DNA from: Schmidtea nova
Taxonomy: Eukaryota
NCBI GenBank assembly: GCA_044892505.1
Contig: CM097883.1
Span: forward strand, 164,920,001-164,984,000
DNA length: 64,000 nt
Reading direction: 5' to 3'
Shown here: positions 23,224 through 37,105 of the stretch, piece after piece
Layout of the letters: every line of letters begins with the position of its first letter
Numbering within the stretch: position 1 is the stretch's first letter
Program-made: the position numbers and the translations under genes
Notes under the pieces: generated by a model
Databases searched by the model: none
What the model saw: only the letters and a program-made list of their open reading frames with translations
What the model was told of the DNA's origin: nothing

Positions 23224-25347
23224 CAATGTTGTCCAACCTTTTTTGAGCCAAGGCACCCGGTAAAATTAGAAATTTTAACGGCATACCATTTTTTTAATTT
23301 ACTGCATTTTTCGTTGAAATACGTCAATATATTCTGAAAATAATAATACGAAAAAATAATATTAAGTGTTAGAATGTTAATATAACAATATCTAAATGGG
23401 AAGATTGAGGTTGGTGGTTCGAACAAATAAGTTCCAACCGAGCTTTAATCTTCGACAAACAAACTCTTAATTCCTTATCAATATTAACCATGCGCTTCTT
23501 TCATTCGATTGTTGTAAGAGCAGAAAATCCTAGTTCGCAAAGATATAAAGAACCAAATGGAAGCAATGTTTCGATAATTTTTAAACTCAAATCTGGATAT
23601 TCATCAAAAACAAAAATCCAGAAATGGGATAATTCTTTCTCGAAAAATAATCTCTTCAAATTAATATCGTTTTTTTTATCAAAAAGATTTTCCAGTTCAG
23701 TGCCCGTCAAAATTGTTTCAGATGCTTGAACAAATGGATTGATTACCGAAGAAACTTTGCTTATATCGAGATCTCGGAAATATTGCCTGAAAGTCGTTGC
23801 GAGATTTTTTAGTGTAGTAATTACGTCAGAGATGATTTAATATTTTTCTTTTGACGAATCGAGATCAGGGAACCAACTCAGCTGTCAAAAGTTTTTGTTT
23901 TTCTTAAATTGATTTTAATTTGCAAGAAATTGTCAAAATATTTTCGCTTGATCTTTGAATACTGACATTAAGTATATTCAGCTTTTCAAAAATGTCATTC
24001 AAAAAAATTAGAACCACCATTTATCTTTCTTAAGAACTTCAAATGTCGTTTTATGAGAGTTAAAGAAAGTTAAAATTTCTTTCAATGTGATGAATCTTGC
24101 AAGAACTTTTCCCTTAGGTAGCCAGCGATTCTACGTTGAATAAAGAATGAATTTAAAGCTTGAGTCCATGGAATCACACAATCTTTCAAATATTCTCGAT
24201 CGCTGAGCACTCGATTTTATGTAAATGACGATCTTGACAACATCATTCATTGTGTTTTTAATATTATCAGGCAAATTTTTCGACATCAACATTTCCCAGT
24301 GTATCATGCAATGATTTTCTTTGATAGCTGGGTTTTGCTTAAGAACATAAGCTGCAAATCCTTTTTATTACCTTGCATCAAGTGGGCACCATCCATACAA
24401 ATAATAATGACAATCCATTTATTGCAACTTTTTCGTTTACTAATTCAAAAATATTTTTTTCCCCAGTAGTTCTCTGCTTTAAGTCATCACAAAAAAGTAT
24501 TCCTCAATTATTTTTTAATCTTTTATGATTCTCAAAAAGAGACAGTTGGGACTTATTGCTATTGTCTGTGCTCTCATCAATTTGGAGTGCCCATATTTTA
24601 TCATATCCTTCTGAAGTTTCAGAAAAATGATTTTTCAGCTGTTCATGAATGCTTGCAGACTTATCACAGACTCTACGAGATATTGTATGATGTGGGAGTG
24701 TAATCCTTTTTAAAATTTTCTACCTCTTCATTATCAGCAGCTATTGTTAGTGCAGTAAGATTTATTGATACAGCATCAAGGTGTGGTTTCTTTTTAACAA
24801 GCATTTGTGCGATTTTGTGGCTGGTCATTAGAGTTTTATCGGATATTCTTGTGAATGCTTTAAATTTCTTGGTCTGGTTCAAGAAATTATCTTTCAATCT
24901 CGTAAAATAAATTTTTGGTTTATCTTTTAATTGTGGATATTGATGTTGAAAATTTCGTTCAAGTTTGCTCGGAACCGTGGACTCGTTAGCAAATAGTAGA
25001 GCACACAATGCACATTTGAATTGAATAATCTTTTTCTGATGTTAAAAAGCCAAATTTTTACACTTTTTGTCGTACATACGCTTTTTTATTTCCTTTGTAA
25101 TTCCTGCTTCTTTGTTTTTATTAGGAATCTCTTCATCATAGAACTAAAAATAATATTTATGAGCTAATAACTTATATAAAACAATACTTAAGTTATTGAA
25201 GGATCTATATTAAATTTACACAAGAAAAATTCTGTGACCGTTTAATTTTAATACATAAATAATTTATCCTTATCTGCGATTATGAAAACACAGGTATTTT
25301 TTATCATTTTATGAAATGTTTCATGGCACACCAGTTGTACAACACTG
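23224..25347 (-). mobile_element. hAT (Buster/Charlie-like) DNA transposon, 2124 bp, decayed transposase
   Basis: TIRs CAATGTTGTCCAAC / GTTGTACAACACTG, perfect 8-bp TSD CATTATTC. ORF pieces ANESTVPSKLERN and LLPFGSLYLCELGFS (hAT dimerisation domain). Confidence 0.95.
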
Positions 25348-25469
25348 CATTATTCAAATAATTATCAATTTTTATAATTAAAAACTAGATCAAATTATTA
25401 ATATCTTATCACACACAAATTTTTGACAGTCTTTTTAATCATTTATAAGAAAAGTGCCAGGGGACCGAG

Positions 25470-25770
25470 TTTCGCTCGGTGAAAATAAAGACAGTTTTTT
25501 TAATCTCTTTCGCAAAAATACTTTAATTCGATTTTATTTTATTCGGCTAAGACATTAAAATCGATGTTGCCAAGGTAACCGTCGTCGCTGTCAATATCAA
25601 GACTTATAGAAATTTCATCAGGAGCGTTCAATGCTTCTTTCCACATAGCATTATACGTGCGACGTTCATTTTCAGGTGGTAACAGAACTTTCAAGTTATT
25701 TTGTCGTTTAACACGGAAAAATGATACGTACAACATACTATATATCCAAGTATTTGTGACGTCAATCATG
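25470..25770 (-). pseudogene. C-terminal PIF1/Helitron-type helicase remnant with downstream hairpin
   Basis: MLYVSFFRVKRQNNLKVLLPP resembles the HGQLYVALSRV motif. Hairpin ACCGAG-tttcg-CTCGGT at ~25470-25490. Confidence 0.45.
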
Positions 25771-26291
25771 TGAAATATGTTTTTCTAAAATTAAGGCCCT
25801 AAATGATACCTATCTAGATTTTTTTTTTCACACCGGAAAATGGTAGTATGCCAATTTTCAGAAAAAATTATAGTGACGTTTTCGAGAAAAATTTACAGAT
25901 AAATAAATAAATATACAATTATTGTTTATTTAATAAGATAAGATACAAATTACAAATTGTCGAAAATTCGTGTACTAGAAAAAATAATGATAATATTGTT
26001 CAGCTTTCTGGTTAAAATGATAAAAATTTCTAAAATAGAAAAAAATAAATCAAAGGTGAAAAAAATGAAATATGTCAATAATCTTTCAATTACTTGTTTT
26101 TGTTAATTAAAATTCTTATCATAATTTAAAATTTATCCCCAAGTATTATTTAAATTCCTATATTTTATTAAAATCTTTTTGAAATTTTATTAAAATTGAT
26201 ACAAGAACTGAAGCTGACCAAAGATCAAAATGAATTGCTAGTGTTCGGTTGCGTGCTTGAATAATTTTGTATTTTTTTATTTTTTAATTAT

Positions 26292-27245
26292 CTAGGGTCG
26301 CATGCAACACAAAAATCTTAATGTCCGTAAGTAACCATTTGTACTTATGTTGGTTCTGCACACGACAGGCGAATGTTGATCGACAGATGAGCTTCTCTAG
26401 AAAAACTACTCCCGATTCTACCATTCTCGTGGGTTCCCTAATGACCGATAGAAGGTCTTCACACTTTATTTCACCTCATCCTTTCACAGGTCACTTATTT
26501 ATGGTGCATTCATCTTGTTCTATGGCCTACAGCTTATATATGCGTTGTCAAACGTGTCATATATGATTATATTAATTTTTATTTAATTACGATTAACACA
26601 AAATGAAAAGAAATCAACACAAAAAAATAAATTTAATTAGCAATCACTAAATTACAACACTAAAATTGTTATTGTACACTCTTGGATTCATTCATTCTAG
26701 CAATCAATTATTTTTTCTTCCTTTGTCTTTTCTGGGAGCTGATTCGTTTCCTTTTCTTAATTTAAGTTTCCGTTTCTTCCGATGTCTCGTTTGAATTTGA
26801 CTTTTGACTGATAGTTGGGTACCATTTAGCTAGAGTAATGGGCAGGATCAGTTCTTTTAGGTCATCCGCCACGAACCACTGTGTGATTTAATCCTTACAG
26901 TTATGCAGTTCTACTCTCGTGACTTCCAACTCTAGTTGCCAGTACTCGTTAACTTGTTGTTCTCGAGCCAACTTATACAATGATCTTTTTCATGATTGCG
27001 GTCGGAAAATAGATGCTCTCTAATTTGATTATTACGGCGCTTCTGGGATGTTCTGATTCAAGTCGGATTCATATACTCCCCCACCTATCTTCCAAAATTA
27101 GACTTTTGATATGGTGCCTCTATATTGGATAATATCGAGTCCGGGGATACCTCTTGCGGACTCGGCGAAATACTTTGGTGTATCCCACGTTTACTCATAA
27201 TCCACGTCGATAGGCCACTCCTGTCCTCCATGCCATCCTGACTAT
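26292..27245 (-). mobile_element. Family E copy E5, distal part (motif, decayed ORF2, 3' half of ORF1)
   Basis: Motif 26292-26457; LEVTRVELHNCKD*ITQWFVADDLKELILPIT; WHGGQEWPIDVDYE at ~27195-27235. Confidence 0.7.
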
Positions 27246-30009
27246 TATTGTGGTCCTGGATGGGTTAAAACAAAAGATAAACGCTCTAGGGATGACTCCA
27301 TCCAAGACCAAACATAAAATGCTTTCGCGACACACAAGCACCCTCGACTATTTCCCTGGATAATCGAGTTGGAAATGTGCAAGGTGTTTGAACAATGATG
27401 GGCAGGTGAGCTCTATTACTAGAACTACTCCCCATTTAAGTTCACGGGTCCATTGCTGTCGATAGAAGGACTTACGCTTTACTTTCATTTTTCTTCCTCT
27501 GAATTCATTATCTTTCATTTTAATTTTCCTGCCCCCTTCTTAACAACATCAACAGATAATTCGGATAATTGTTTATATATCTGAGCTTTAGATTCCTAAT
27601 GTTTGTCATTTATCGAGTTGTGTTAGCATTTTGTCAATATAATTTGTATTTGATTAAATTAAATTTTTAATAAATACTTTATTTTACCTACTTTACAAAA
27701 TATAAGCACAACAAAAAAATTATAACCAAACTATAAATTTTTACGAAACGATAAACTTTAGTTAACTAAATTTAACAAAATTTATTCAAAAAATTAAAAA
27801 AAACCGTCATCAAATGTAACAAAGTTTGTCGATAGATCGATTTCAGGAAGATCATCGTTATGCTGGATCATTTGCATCGCAAATTGTTTCTTCCACCGTC
27901 GTTGTCTTGCCCCCATCTTGTTCTTCTTTTTCTTTTTAATTTCGATTGTTGATGAGCTTTTCGGTACGATTGGATTTTCCATTTCCCGAACCTGCGATGG
28001 TCCTTCAGTATTTGTTCCCCCTGGACCATCCTGCTTTCTCTTCCGACCAATGTTGATAGGTAATTGGCCGGATTAACTGTTTTAACTCGCGATCTATGAA
28101 TGATGCTGTGACCGCCTTGAGGCATTTTCTTAACTCGATCTTTGTTGCCTCGAGTTCAGTTCGATATTCTTCTCCCGCTCTCTGAGATCGTTGATTTTTC
28201 ATGATTTGTATCTTCATTTGTTCAGGGCTGAACCAACTAGTTCGAAAATGAGAAATTGTGGCTTCAGCTGTTTTCAGTTTTTCGGTGGTTCTGCCAATTT
28301 CTTTCTCAAGGCTGCGAACGATTCGCCAAGCCTTGTCTAATTCGGTTTGTGGATTCGTTGGATTACTTGACATTTTCTGAAATCAATTAGTGTCATTAAT
28401 TATTGATGGATAGATTTCGATGGATTAGTATTATATTGATAGATTCTGTTTCATAATTTCCTCTGAAGATCTTTGAGGTTTATTTAACCATTATATTACA
28501 ACTACGGAGTGAAGTAAAATACATTCTATATCTCAACACTGTCGCTATGTACAGCGATCAGATAAATTCATTTATAATGTTTATTTGTACCTGTGCTATC
28601 TACAGCAATTAGGTTGATAATTTATTTACAAAGTTTTTAAGATATTACTGCCCTATATACAGGGATCAGTCTAGCAAATTAAATGTATCATATTTAAATT
28701 ATTCCGTCGGCTACTCATGAACCTTTCAGTTATTTGCGCTTGATCGGGTATCCATTGTAATAAGAAGCCTACACTGATTTGTTGTTACGCCGACCTGATG
28801 AAATCAAATGCAAAATCAAGCTCAATGTAACCACTGAGTTGGAAGTATCGATCATTATGGTCAATTTGTGCAGAATTCATCTATCATAAACTATCCTGCT
28901 ACGGTAGGAAAAATCAATGTGTCTTAAACCTATTCATTACACTGTAGCGATGTCGTATCGACGGAACTTCAAAACCATCTAATGTTATTCATATGGATAA
29001 GTGTCTGTGAAATAATGATCTCTTGGTTTCTAAAATGTGTATTTCATTCCGGAAAGTTTCGGAACATTTATTGAGCCTATATTGCTATGACCACCAAAAA
29101 TTTCTGACTCTCTCGTGTGCTTAGCCAATCTTCTGGATGTCCAATCTCGAACACGCTAGCCTTGTCTGCATTTCAATTTTATATTACAATCGATAGTTTA
29201 AGAAAATCACATTTGTGTGAAGCGGTTAATCAAATTGATGTTCAATAATTTAATAATAAAATAATAATTCTAACCGGCTGACTATACTGACCAGCAATAA
29301 TCATAAATTTCAATTATCAAAAATAAAATCTCCTACCCTCTTCATGACACTTAATACCATGAAGACGGCCTAACTGTGCGAAGTAGTTAAATCTACTCGG
29401 CGCAGTCTGCCTCCTTCCACCGATTTCACGGTGGACAGGAGCCCCCTTTAATCTTTAAACATAATATCAAATTAATTCAATAAATTTGCCTCCTTCCACC
29501 GATTACACACATAAATATTTAATGCAAAACAGAAAATCGTGATAACATATTACAAATAAACAAAATCAGCCATACCTGCTAGCTATTTTCAAATTTCTGA
29601 TTGAAATGTGTTTCAGACAAAAATTGTAAAAACATTAAAATCATTTGATTCTGCATCAGTATTTATACTGATCAGATCAACCGGTTGGCCAATCAGCGTC
29701 AAGCTGATGGTCGTTATAACAATTTATTTATTTTTGTTTTAATCAATCATTATTAAAATTTAATTAATTATTTATTGTAATTGATAAACATATATAATAT
29801 ATATTTTAATCATTAAATCTCATTTATTATCTTTTTACATCTTAATTTTGTTTTCTTATAATTTTATAATATCATTTATTTCTTTTTCTATTACTTTTAA
29901 TTCCTTTTAATGGAATTTCTTTCAAATACATTAATTTACTTTATTCGTATTTATTTTCTCATTATTATTATTTATATATTCAAATGTTGGCCAAATGGTG
30001 GACCCAACA
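27246..30009 (-). mobile_element. Family E copy E6 nested in E5
   Basis: Motif 27366-27471, ORF2 27794-28373, CCAAT at ~29690, ends CCCAACA at 30009. The left junction is approximate. Confidence 0.65.
27794..28373 (-). pseudogene. Family E ORF2 copy (one frameshift near 28000)
   Basis: TSWFSPEQMK..LEATKIELRKCLKAVTASFIDRELKQLIRPIT; tail KKKKKNKMGARQRRWKK; TTTCAG-AAA-ATG start. Confidence 0.7.
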
Positions 30010-32019
30010 CTATAGACGTGTAAACTGAAGCTCAGAGACTCCCCAGTTTGACGAAATTGAGTCTCGTGTTCCTTAAATATTTTTTGAGCTAACTCTGTAT
30101 GTATGTTCGTCTTCAACGGCATAGCCATTATTAAGTAGTTTTCAAATTTTTAATCGGTTTTTACATTACGATTGTTGGAAATGGATTGCCCCCTGAGTCG
30201 ACTACTGAGATCTCCATTGACTTTTGATTCATAATTTTCCAGAAATTTTTTATAAAATTATCATAAAATAGTATCCATAATTTACTAACGGGTTCCTATA
30301 AATTAAAATTGACTGGTTTAACCTATTCACTATTTATTAAATTTATTCTCGAATTTTCTTAATTCTATTTTTTATTTGTATCATAATACAACGAACAATA
30401 AACTCAATTTATTTTAATTATATACACTTAAGTTCAATTTGTTACATCCCCGAATAACAATTTCCCTATCTCAGTTTGATTTTATTGGCCTAGTTAAGTA
30501 CTTAATGGAAATTGCCTCAAAATTACTCCTAAACGATAGGTATTGTATATTCTCTTTTGCTGCGCTTATACTCGGACTTAATTACGACGAAAAGTTTCTC
30601 TAATTTTTATCTCCTACCACCTGTTAGTAACATTAGTAATTACACAAATGATCTCAAAAAATCCCCCTGCTCCCATTTACTCTAATAGCACCGGCTAATG
30701 GATTTCCATTAGAGAAGTTATTTTACTAATGGGTCGATTTACCTGCATTATCAGTAGAATATTTTCACATTACGTGTCGAAAAAAAATACATTAGTCTGT
30801 ATTTGATTACTCTTGCTAATGGGGTGATTTGGATTCTGCATGCTTGCTAGTTTATTTTTGCAGCCCTATTGATTACGTAATGTGTCGGAAATTTTACTGG
30901 CTGTAAAATCTCTGCTAACTGATTCCTACTGTATTTGGCATTCAAAAAATTAAACTGGAATTAAAACAAACTAAACTGGAATTGCCAATTTCGGCTTGTT
31001 ATTGTGATATTTACTTCAGGTTTCGATTATTATGCCTTTCTCATCGGATTTTACCTCTCCTACTCGGTATTTCGATATCGTCTCGGATTCACTATACTTT
31101 ATGATTATCGTGAAACTCTAGAAAAAACTATTTGTGCTACTGACATTGGAACTATTACTTTCTCCATCACTGCTAACTTTACAAAATTCTCGAAAATTAT
31201 TTAAATTAGATTTAGCCGATGGCCCCACCATCCACTCTATATTCGAGAGGCAGAATTAATGGTCGGACCACCGCGAGTTATGTGACCCGGAAGGGCGTCT
31301 CCAACATCTAAAAATGATTCTATGATATTCCGGTTTCAGACATGATTAATACAAAATAACGAAAATGAAAATTAAGACAATTATGAATTAAAGTTCCTAT
31401 TAATATAACATTTGCTTACAAGCTTGATTTCCAGATACAATGATTTTCCGAATTTTTATTCACAAGATTTATAGACTATGGGTCGCAAGTAGTTTAATGA
31501 TGTAATAAATGATGTTGATTAAACGCAAATGAAATAAGCTGTTAGGAAGTTATAGTAATATCTAAATAGGTAGTTCTAAGTAAGATGTCTCAAAAACCGT
31601 TTAGTCAACTGATTGAGCGTTCCTTATATACTACTAATTCTTTCGCTCAATCGACCAATCAGATTTTTCCTATGATTTAATTTGTCAATTTTACTAAATT
31701 ATTATTAATTTTAATTTTTCCATTATATTTTAATTTATTCTTTTTTTGGTTCGTCAAATTATTTGATTTATTTTCGCATTAATTATTTTATTTCCTAATT
31801 TATTTCTTTTTTTTGTAAATTTGTACTTGTTTACGGGTTTTACCAATTTTTATTCAATTTAAATTTCCATTTTAGATATTATTATCCTTCTACTGCATTG
31901 TAATTCATTTTTCTTTTCTTTCATTATTTTATATTTTAGTTAGATTTTCTAATTATTTTCTTATTAATTTATTGTTTTTGGATTTAGTATTTTTTTTTAT
32001 CAGTTGCGCTAACCCAACA
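30010..32019 (-). mobile_element. Family E copy E5, promoter-side part
   Basis: 5' half of ORF1 (..ESLSFSLHVY), promoter hairpin 31611-31652, end ..GCGCTAACCCAACA at 32019. Confidence 0.7.
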
Positions 32020-32199
32020 CTAGTATCATAATTAAAAGAGAAGATTTGTTACAAAAATGTGTAAAAATATCTTTTTATCTTATGCGTTCACAAAATTGAT
32101 GGGTTGTTGATAAACAAAATAACCTTGACTGTTTTTCTATAGTCTCTCATATTTCAACAACCAAACTCACAAATATTAATTAACCATATTGTTGCCAGC

Positions 32200-35030
32200 T
32201 ACAGTGTAACGTTGGTACTGCAACAAATGGGTTAACATTCGCAAAAAGTGAGCGTCCAATGAATTAAAACTATAATTGTCCGAATGTCACAGGTGTGTTC
32301 AAGGGTGACCGATAGAAGGTATTTTGTCCGTTTTTAGTCCGAAACTGGAGCTAAAATCTATACCAATTCACTGAACTTTAAAATAAACAAATTTTTATAA
32401 TTTCCTTATCGATTAATAAATAATAAAAACATCCAATTCATTGTTAATAAAAAACGCCAGGTTACTGGAAAATTTTGAAAATTGATTCTCGCTTTTCACA
32501 ATCTTCTGAGTTTCCAGTTGGATTCAGAACAAGTAAATACAAATCTGTGACTCCTTAAGAAAAATTATATGAATATCACTCACTATGATCCCAAAATTTC
32601 AAGAAAAATAAGTTAACTCATTTTGCTATACCCAGCGCGCTTATTTATTCGTCAAACAACAGCAAACAAAAAGAAAATTTTAAACATTCATCCCATCCGA
32701 TCTTCATTTTCAAGCATACATTTTGTTGGGTTACAATACTCAATTCACACAGATACGTTAAGATTTCATCGTTAAGATTTCATCATCAGTAGAACATATA
32801 TTTAATTCTTTGTTCAAATAATTACTATCAATGAAGTAATCGAAACTGATGAAGGACTACTAATTTTACCAACCTTTTCAGTTTAGCACATCTTGTTTAT
32901 ATTAATGGATTTAATTTGACGTATACTATTTATATTGTTGGCTCCTAATACAGATGTTAATCTAGTATATACCTACAGGTTCAATCTCAACTGATGTTTA
33001 GTCATTTGCCAATACCCTATATATTGTTGGCAAAAACTAAATCCCATAAGTTTGGCAGCGAGTGCAAATATAGTAAATAGCGACTAAACAAGAAGCGTAT
33101 TCAAATATTTGAGAAAAAGCACCAAGTAAACAAAAGTAATCAACAATATATAGGTGAATATTAATTAAAACAAAAATCAAAATTAAATTGAACGAATTGC
33201 AAGTAAACATGAGAAAAACACAAACAAAACAATTTAACAAAAAACTTGCAAAAGAATTAGGTGAATATAAAAAGTCAAAAATTTTATAAATAATTATCTT
33301 AATTTTAATGATGTTGGTGTGTCGCGTTTTTATATTTGAAGAATTTATATTTTTATTAGGCTAGTGTCCGCGATACAAATAAAACAATCTCTGCCCATGT
33401 GCCCGTGTATGCAGCCTTCCGTACACGTTGGTACTGCAGACGCCAGTCGAATGTAAGGGGACAGGTGAGCGTCTGCGTTAGCACTACTCTCCACTTATCA
33501 TTCTCAACAGGTTTACTTTGACCGATAGAAGGTCTTCTAATCTGGTAACTAAATATCCCTATTTTGGTCACTCATTTATGATAGTTTGATCTATCTAATG
33601 CCTACTTCAAACCATATTGCTAATTTCTCAGTCATGCCGCTAACTTTTCTTCGGAAATACATCACCTTGTATTATCATAAACTATGGAATTAAGTCAGGG
33701 ATAATGGATTTCCTGTTTGGAGAGTTTTACTATAATCACATTCGCACATGAAAGGGTTTCCTGTTTGATATTTTGTGATATTTATTTTCTTAATGGAAGA
33801 AATATAATTTATAATTATTTGTAATTTTTAGTTTTTAGACGGTTATTTGTTTAGGGAGCAATTGATTTAGATAATTTTCTTCAACTAGTTTGATATTCCT
33901 TTAAGTTGCCGCTCAAATTTTCCTATATTTAGGTGGAATTAAATTTTGTAGTTTCAATCGGATGTATTATAATTGAGGTTATTTAGACGGTTATTTAACT
34001 CAATCGGAATTTGAATAAAAGCAACACATACGCAATCGATTAAGTCTACATCTCTTTATGGAACATCAGATGCGACGACTCCTAAGTAGTCTCGACTGTT
34101 ATTACCAATATTAATCACGATTCAAAACCTTCGCTTTACTATTCTCATTAAATCGAACAACGATTTGAATTTGTATCTGCCGATGACTTAAGCTATCGGT
34201 CTCACCTGTACGGAACAGACAACTCGAGCCACGGAAGGTCAGCGACGTAGAGTACCGCCATGGCCTTAAGCTTTGTGTATTTTAACAATAACAATAAAAC
34301 ATAACGAAAATTTACGAGAGATAACAAGTCGAAATAAAAAAATTACATGTTATACCAAAGGTGTATTTTTAATACCATTCCGAAGTTATTCTAGTACACG
34401 GATCTTCTGTTGAATCACAAAAGATTTTGTTCAAGTGTTAGTAATTTTCATACAGTAATAGAGTAAATGTAAAGTTAGTAAAAAAAGTTATTGAACTGAG
34501 TTTGGCTACTCCTTTTATACTGTTTTGTGCAGCTAAACCAGCCAATCAAATAATTTCCCCCCGTAATTGGTCTAATTAATTTAATTCATTTGTCCAATTA
34601 ATATTGATGTTTTGATTAATCACATTTTTATTCTTATTCCATTTTTCTGGATTTCTTTTTATTTAATTTAAATTAATTTAATTCTGTTTACTTTTTTCTA
34701 TTCTTTGAGGGCGTTTATCTATCATAATTTTTATTTATGTTTTATTTTTTCCTTTTCGCGTTTTTGTTATTTCTTTTCATATTTTATTTCTTCTTTTGCA
34801 GGGTTTATTTTTAATACCATTTTAATTTTCTTTAATTCTTTATTTCTTTTTAATTCTTTGTTTATATTTCTGTTGTTGTGAGTTTTTTACTCCATAATTC
34901 GTTGCAAATTCAATTTTATTTATTTTCTATTATTTCTATTCTCTACTTGTCATTTCAATTTCCACTTACCCTCTTTCTGTTACCGTTTTAAGTTTTTAAT
35001 GTTTTTTTATTATTATTTTATTATTTCCCA
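32200..35030 (-). mobile_element. Family E copy or copies E7 (two motif copies, promoter, no recognisable ORF2)
   Basis: Motifs at 32209-32320 and 33425-33534; TATA hairpin and CCAAT at 34500-34546. Ends not resolved. Confidence 0.55.
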
Positions 35031-36397
35031 TACGATACATAAATAAAAATTTATTTTTGTAAAAATACAATATTTAAACTTCAAATAAATTAAATGATCT
35101 GAAAATCGTATAAATAGCAGTCATTTTCAGTCATTTTAATACAAAAACACATTTTTGTCAAAAATAACACTTATTTACAAAAACACAAAAACTCTGTTCA
35201 GAAGCACTCAAAGTGGTCAAAAAGTTAAAGGAAAGGCACATCGTTTCCGATATTTTTATTTATGAGCATCATGTAGTATGCCATACCAATGTGTGATGAA
35301 ATAGTGAAAGTCAAAGGCCAAACAAATCCATTAAGAACCGCAAATCATAGCTTTAAATAAAATCCAAAACAAAGTTAGGAAGGTTAACAAAATTTAAAAC
35401 AAAATGATAAAAAATTACCAAGGAACATTAAAATCTCTAAAAAAGCACAAGTTACTAGTAACGATTAGTGTGTTTCTTTTCCCGACATTTTTGACTCTCG
35501 GGATTCGGGATTGGAAAAAGTTATTTCCCGGGATTTCACTGTTATTAATTTTTACAATAAATAAATTTGAGTTATGTTTGTTTAAAATGAGAACACAAAT
35601 CATATACATATGTTTATTTAAGTTTTATTAGGCAGAAATTAGTAAAAATATGAATAATACGTATATTTAAATTCCAATTCCATTCAATAACATCAAATCA
35701 CTTAAGTTTGATTTATATCAAAAAAATTAATAACAAATCAAACTAAAAAAATTGAATTGATGGTTCTTATTGGGCTAGTGTCCTACTCTAGTATTGTTAT
35801 GAGTAATTATAATTTTATATTGTATTATGTTTATCAGGAAGTCTGTTGAGCCCAGCCGAGTCACCAGTAAAAGTGTATCGGGACAGCTGGGGTGCTTGTT
35901 ATGTTTTATAATAACAATAATAATAAAAATAAAAAGGGGAGTAACCATTCATAACAGTACTTATTGGGTTAGTGTCCTACTTTAGTTTATATAATGATAT
36001 ACAATTAATATTGAATATACTTAAATTTTAATATAATTTAATTATATTTTAATTATATTTTATTTTTTATCAATTCTCAAAATAAGTTTTAAGGAAACAT
36101 AATTCATTAATTGACTTGTCGTTTAAATTTGATTGTTTTTTGGAGAAAAAATTGATAAAGTAAAACACTCGTTCTAATTAAGAGCATTAAATAATTTTTC
36201 TAAATTTGGTGAAATCTTACAAGTTTCCTCAAACAACAACATTTCTTTCCTCAATATTTGGTTGAAGTTCATAATAGTGTTGGGCAAAAACTGAATTTCG
36301 CTTAAATAACGCGGTAATATAGCACGTAGAGCGCGCACGAAGTAAACGTAAAGTCTGATCGGGAGAAACAATGAGTGGAACGGGGTAACAACAGGAC

Positions 36398-37105
36398 CAG
36401 CGCCGGTTCGAGATAATTATACGCCCCAGGCGAAAATTATAAAAAGCGCCCTATTTTAAAAATTAGGTACAAAAATTATGATAAAATAAAAAAGATTAAC
36501 AAAAAACAATCTATTTATTACTTCATTTCATTTTTTTCGATTGATTTACATATATATTTATAAAAAAAACAGAATTTATAAGAATGATTTTTTCCTGGCT
36601 TTCATGTCTGCAAATTTTTCTATTGCTGCCTCCAAATTTAGGTTTGCTACAACATTATTTTCAATTGAAATAATGGCCAAATTATTCAACCTATCTTCCG
36701 TCATAGTAGATCGCAAATACGTTTTTATTAGTTTTAATTTACTAAAACTTCTTTCACCACTCGCAACACTAACAGGAATTGTTACGAGGATTCGTAAAGC
36801 CACCCATAGATTTGGTACTGTACTTTTCAAATTATTATCATTGATAAATTGTAAACATATTAAAGGATCTTTAACATCATCTGGTACCAATTGCTTCAAT
36901 GTTTCGATTTCCTCGCACAATTCTAATCCATTTATATCACTATATTTTTTTTAAACGGTTGGTTTCATAGATAAATTTCAAAATATAAAGTTTTGGAGGC
37001 TTATTTTATAATTTTCTTTGATTGTTTATAATAAATTTTGGCGCCCTCTAAAAAAAGGCGCCCTATGGCTATGGCCTAGGTCGCCTGGCCCTTGGGCCGG
37101 GCCTG
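36398..37105 (-). mobile_element. Non-autonomous hAT deletion derivative (708 bp)
   Basis: Perfect 8-bp TSD AACAGGAC, ends CAGCGCCGG / CCGGGCCTG. ORF 36576-36920 has PVSVASGERSFSKLKLIKTYLRSTM (hAT dimerisation domain). Confidence 0.95.

Noticed and set aside
26292-32019. Polydnavirus (bracovirus/ichnovirus) proviral segments as the origin of the small-gene blocks
   Set aside because: No direct-repeat junction motifs or known PDV gene families were seen. The blocks have TG..CA ends and TSDs.
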